This document shows, piece by piece, positions 61,801 to 64,000 of a stretch of 64,000 bases of DNA. The stretch is from Eledone cirrhosa. Its lineage: Eukaryota. The stretch's first letter is position 1, and each line of letters starts with the position of its first letter. The notes under the pieces were generated by a model. It was not told where the DNA came from. It was given only the letters and a program-made list of their open reading frames with translations, and made no database searches. A program made the translations under genes and the position numbers. Where the stretch lies: contig OZ024742.1 in assembly GCA_964016885.1 (NCBI GenBank), forward strand, positions 27,528,001 through 27,592,000, given 5' to 3'.

Positions 61801-62413
61801 GCTACGTTGGTATGGTCATGTGATGCGCATGAAAGACGATAGCTGTATAAAAAAGTGCAGGGCAATAAAGATGGACGGTAGCCACGGAGTAGGCAGACCC
61901 AGAAAAACCTGGGACGAGCTCACAAATTCCGACCTCACACACTTACACCTCTCCAAGACAATGTCACTGGACCGAGACCTATGGCGGTACTCAGTAATAG
62001 AGAAGACCTGCCTTACCTAAATACAAAGTAAAACCTACTACAGTCAGTAGGCATCTGTAACAAAATACACCCTGTCCCACCACCCCCACCCCATCCACAC
62101 CGCCCCTTTCAATGTAAAGTTATGTTGGTGCCACAAAATCCTGGCCGAAACAAATGAGATCGTGTAGGTGTCACGACAAAAAAACACACAATCCACGCTG
62201 TAATGTGGCCGTGTAGGCAACACGGTAAAAACCTCCCAGCCCCACACTGTAAATGTGGTTGGTGTTAGGAAGGGCATCCAGCTGTAGAAATCCCGCCAGA
62301 CAGTCCTATGCGAGCAATGACAACCACTCTTGCCTCAAGTGGGAAAACTCCCGTCCAAACCCATGCAAGCGTGGAACATAGACGTTAAACGATGATGATG
62401 ATGATGATGATGG
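58866..62413 (+). mobile_element. Near full-length RTE LINE; 5' boundary approximate
   Basis: Single APE-RT ORF, ~390-bp 3' UTR, (GAT)n tail followed by TA. Confidence 0.93.
58918..62020 (+). pseudogene. RTE ORF (APE + RT + PHD-like finger), disrupted
   Basis: GTMNVGTL, IQETRW, SAYAPQ, CDLNGHVG, SQHRL, YADD; stops at about 59110, 59557, 60499 and 61424, and a frameshift near 60780. Confidence 0.93.
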
Positions 62414-62739
62414 TGATATATATATATATTCATCTTATTAAAGTGAAATAGTAAGTCTTGAAACTCTAGTTTGATATTGAGTACTCTTTTCTCTCAGCCA
62501 TCAACCACATAAGTATTTTTATATTGTTACTAGTGATGACTACATCATTGAGTAAGGGTACTCATTACATAAGTAAACTATGTATTATAACTGAAGGTAA
62601 AGAAAGCACAATACCTCAGTTTCTGACCAATTTCATTTCAATGAATCTCCATTGACATAAAACTGGACACTAATCTTTTGATTTTCTACTTCATTTAAAA
62701 GAATACACGAGCTTTAAGGCCATTTATCCCCTTGCGAAA

Positions 62740-63110
62740 CCAAGAGTTAGCCTTGCAGACCGTATGAAATTCATCTTCATTTTGCCCTACCAGCTGCATC
62801 ACAACTCACTAGCTTTTATTTCCTCTTCTATCATCTTTAACCATGTCTTTTATGGTCTTTACATCCCTCAACATTCCTTTCCAACACTCCTCTCACCCAG
62901 TCACTTTCATCTTTCCTCAACACATTACCCAACCATCACATTCCCTTTATCCGCTCAACATTCATCACTCTCTATTCTCATCTTCTGTTGCTATTCATTA
63001 TATATCTTCTTTCTCTCTCTGTTCATCCACCGAATCATTATCATCCCATCTCATCTCCATTCTTTCCAGCTGTCTCTACTGCTCCATATTTATCACTCAT
63101 GTTTTGCTCC
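62740..63110 (-). mobile_element. Highly decayed RTE C-terminal fragment
   Basis: Minus strand reads WLGNVLRKDESDWVRGVLERNVEG. Confidence 0.45.
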
Positions 63111-63748
63111 AATAAATTATGGAACCCTTTGATGATTATAACAACATTGTCCCCATCTGAGAGGTCAGTGACTTCGATTAATGGCTGACTTGGTCTCTGA
63201 TGACCCATTCAACCTTTGCTGGTAGAGAAAATGGATGTTGAATGACAATGTTAATTATGAAAATGCTGTAACAAGATATGGATATGGTTGATGACAAATG
63301 ACAAATATGTATTTATGGACTGTATTCATAGAATGGTTAAGATGCAGTCTTTCTATGCCAGACTACTGACAGAATGGAATTTGGTTGCTTTGGTTTTTAT
63401 TGTCTTTTGGTTTCTTTTGCTTTTTTTCTTATTTATATTAATAAGGAATCTTTTGTTTATAGTTTCTGTGAAGTGGTTGGCATTAGGAAGGGCAGCTAGC
63501 TGTAGAAACCATATCAGAACAGAACAGGTCTGGGATCTTGTTGAATGATCAAAAGAAGGAAAAAAATGACTGACTTTGGACTAAAACCAATAACAGCAAC
63601 AATAACAACTATGGTATCACATATACAATAGCCGGCTAGGTTAAGATCTAAAGAGAAACATATATGAAATGCATGTATGGTTTCCAAAATGGTTGAGGTA
63701 TGCTTCAACATTTTATTACTTTCATATCAATCATCATAACCCTTTTAA

Positions 63749-63961
63749 ACCTTTAGTATTTAAACCGGATGTGTCCAGCCTAAACTTGCTCACACCTGTC
63801 CAAACTGGTCACTCATGCCAATGTTAAGGTATTGTTCTCAAAATAAATAATATCATCATCAAAATCTCGTAGATTCAATATCATGTGAAATAATCATTTT
63901 AGATAAAGCTTTTACTTTGAAAATATAAAAGTAAATATAGAGTAATGTAAATACTAAAGGT
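63749..63961. mobile_element. piggyBac-type MITE
   Basis: TTAA-ACCTTTAGTATTTA ... TAAATACTAAAGGT-TTAA; internal similarity to the 6015 and 6649 copies. Confidence 0.75.
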
Positions 63962-64000
63962 TTAATACCAGCATGACTGAAATTGTCCCTCATTTTATAA

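Overview
Eukaryotic, AT-rich, essentially gene-free window made almost entirely of retroelements embedded in (TA)n microsatellites. The SINE, RTE and microsatellite landscape suggests an octopus or other coleoid cephalopod; this is an inference. Conventional content: a near full-length CR1-group LINE (1.7-5.8 kb), an RTE LINE family (one near full-length copy at 58.9-62.4 kb plus truncated copies), tRNA-derived SINEs, TTAA-flanked piggyBac-type MITEs, a rearranged non-autonomous Helitron, minisatellites and kb-long TA arrays. The most striking signal is about 14 fold-back (inverted-repeat) insertions from several unrelated-looking Penelope-like element (PLE) families, 0.1-5 kb long. Nearly all follow (TA)n - tail-less pLTR arm - inverted pLTR arm + unique 30-100 nt tail - (TA)n. 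Family-specific arm breakpoints recur between independent copies. About 17 hand-folded type I hammerhead ribozyme motifs are present, two families carrying the covariant U3-A8 core. A cross-family ACTC..GAGTRCYT tail motif also recurs. One element is a non-coding 1302-nt unit bracketed by two hammerheads (retrozyme-like). A separate ~600-bp TA-flanked element has a candidate HDV-like ribozyme head. All RNA structures were folded by eye, and family names rest on recalled motifs rather than database searches.
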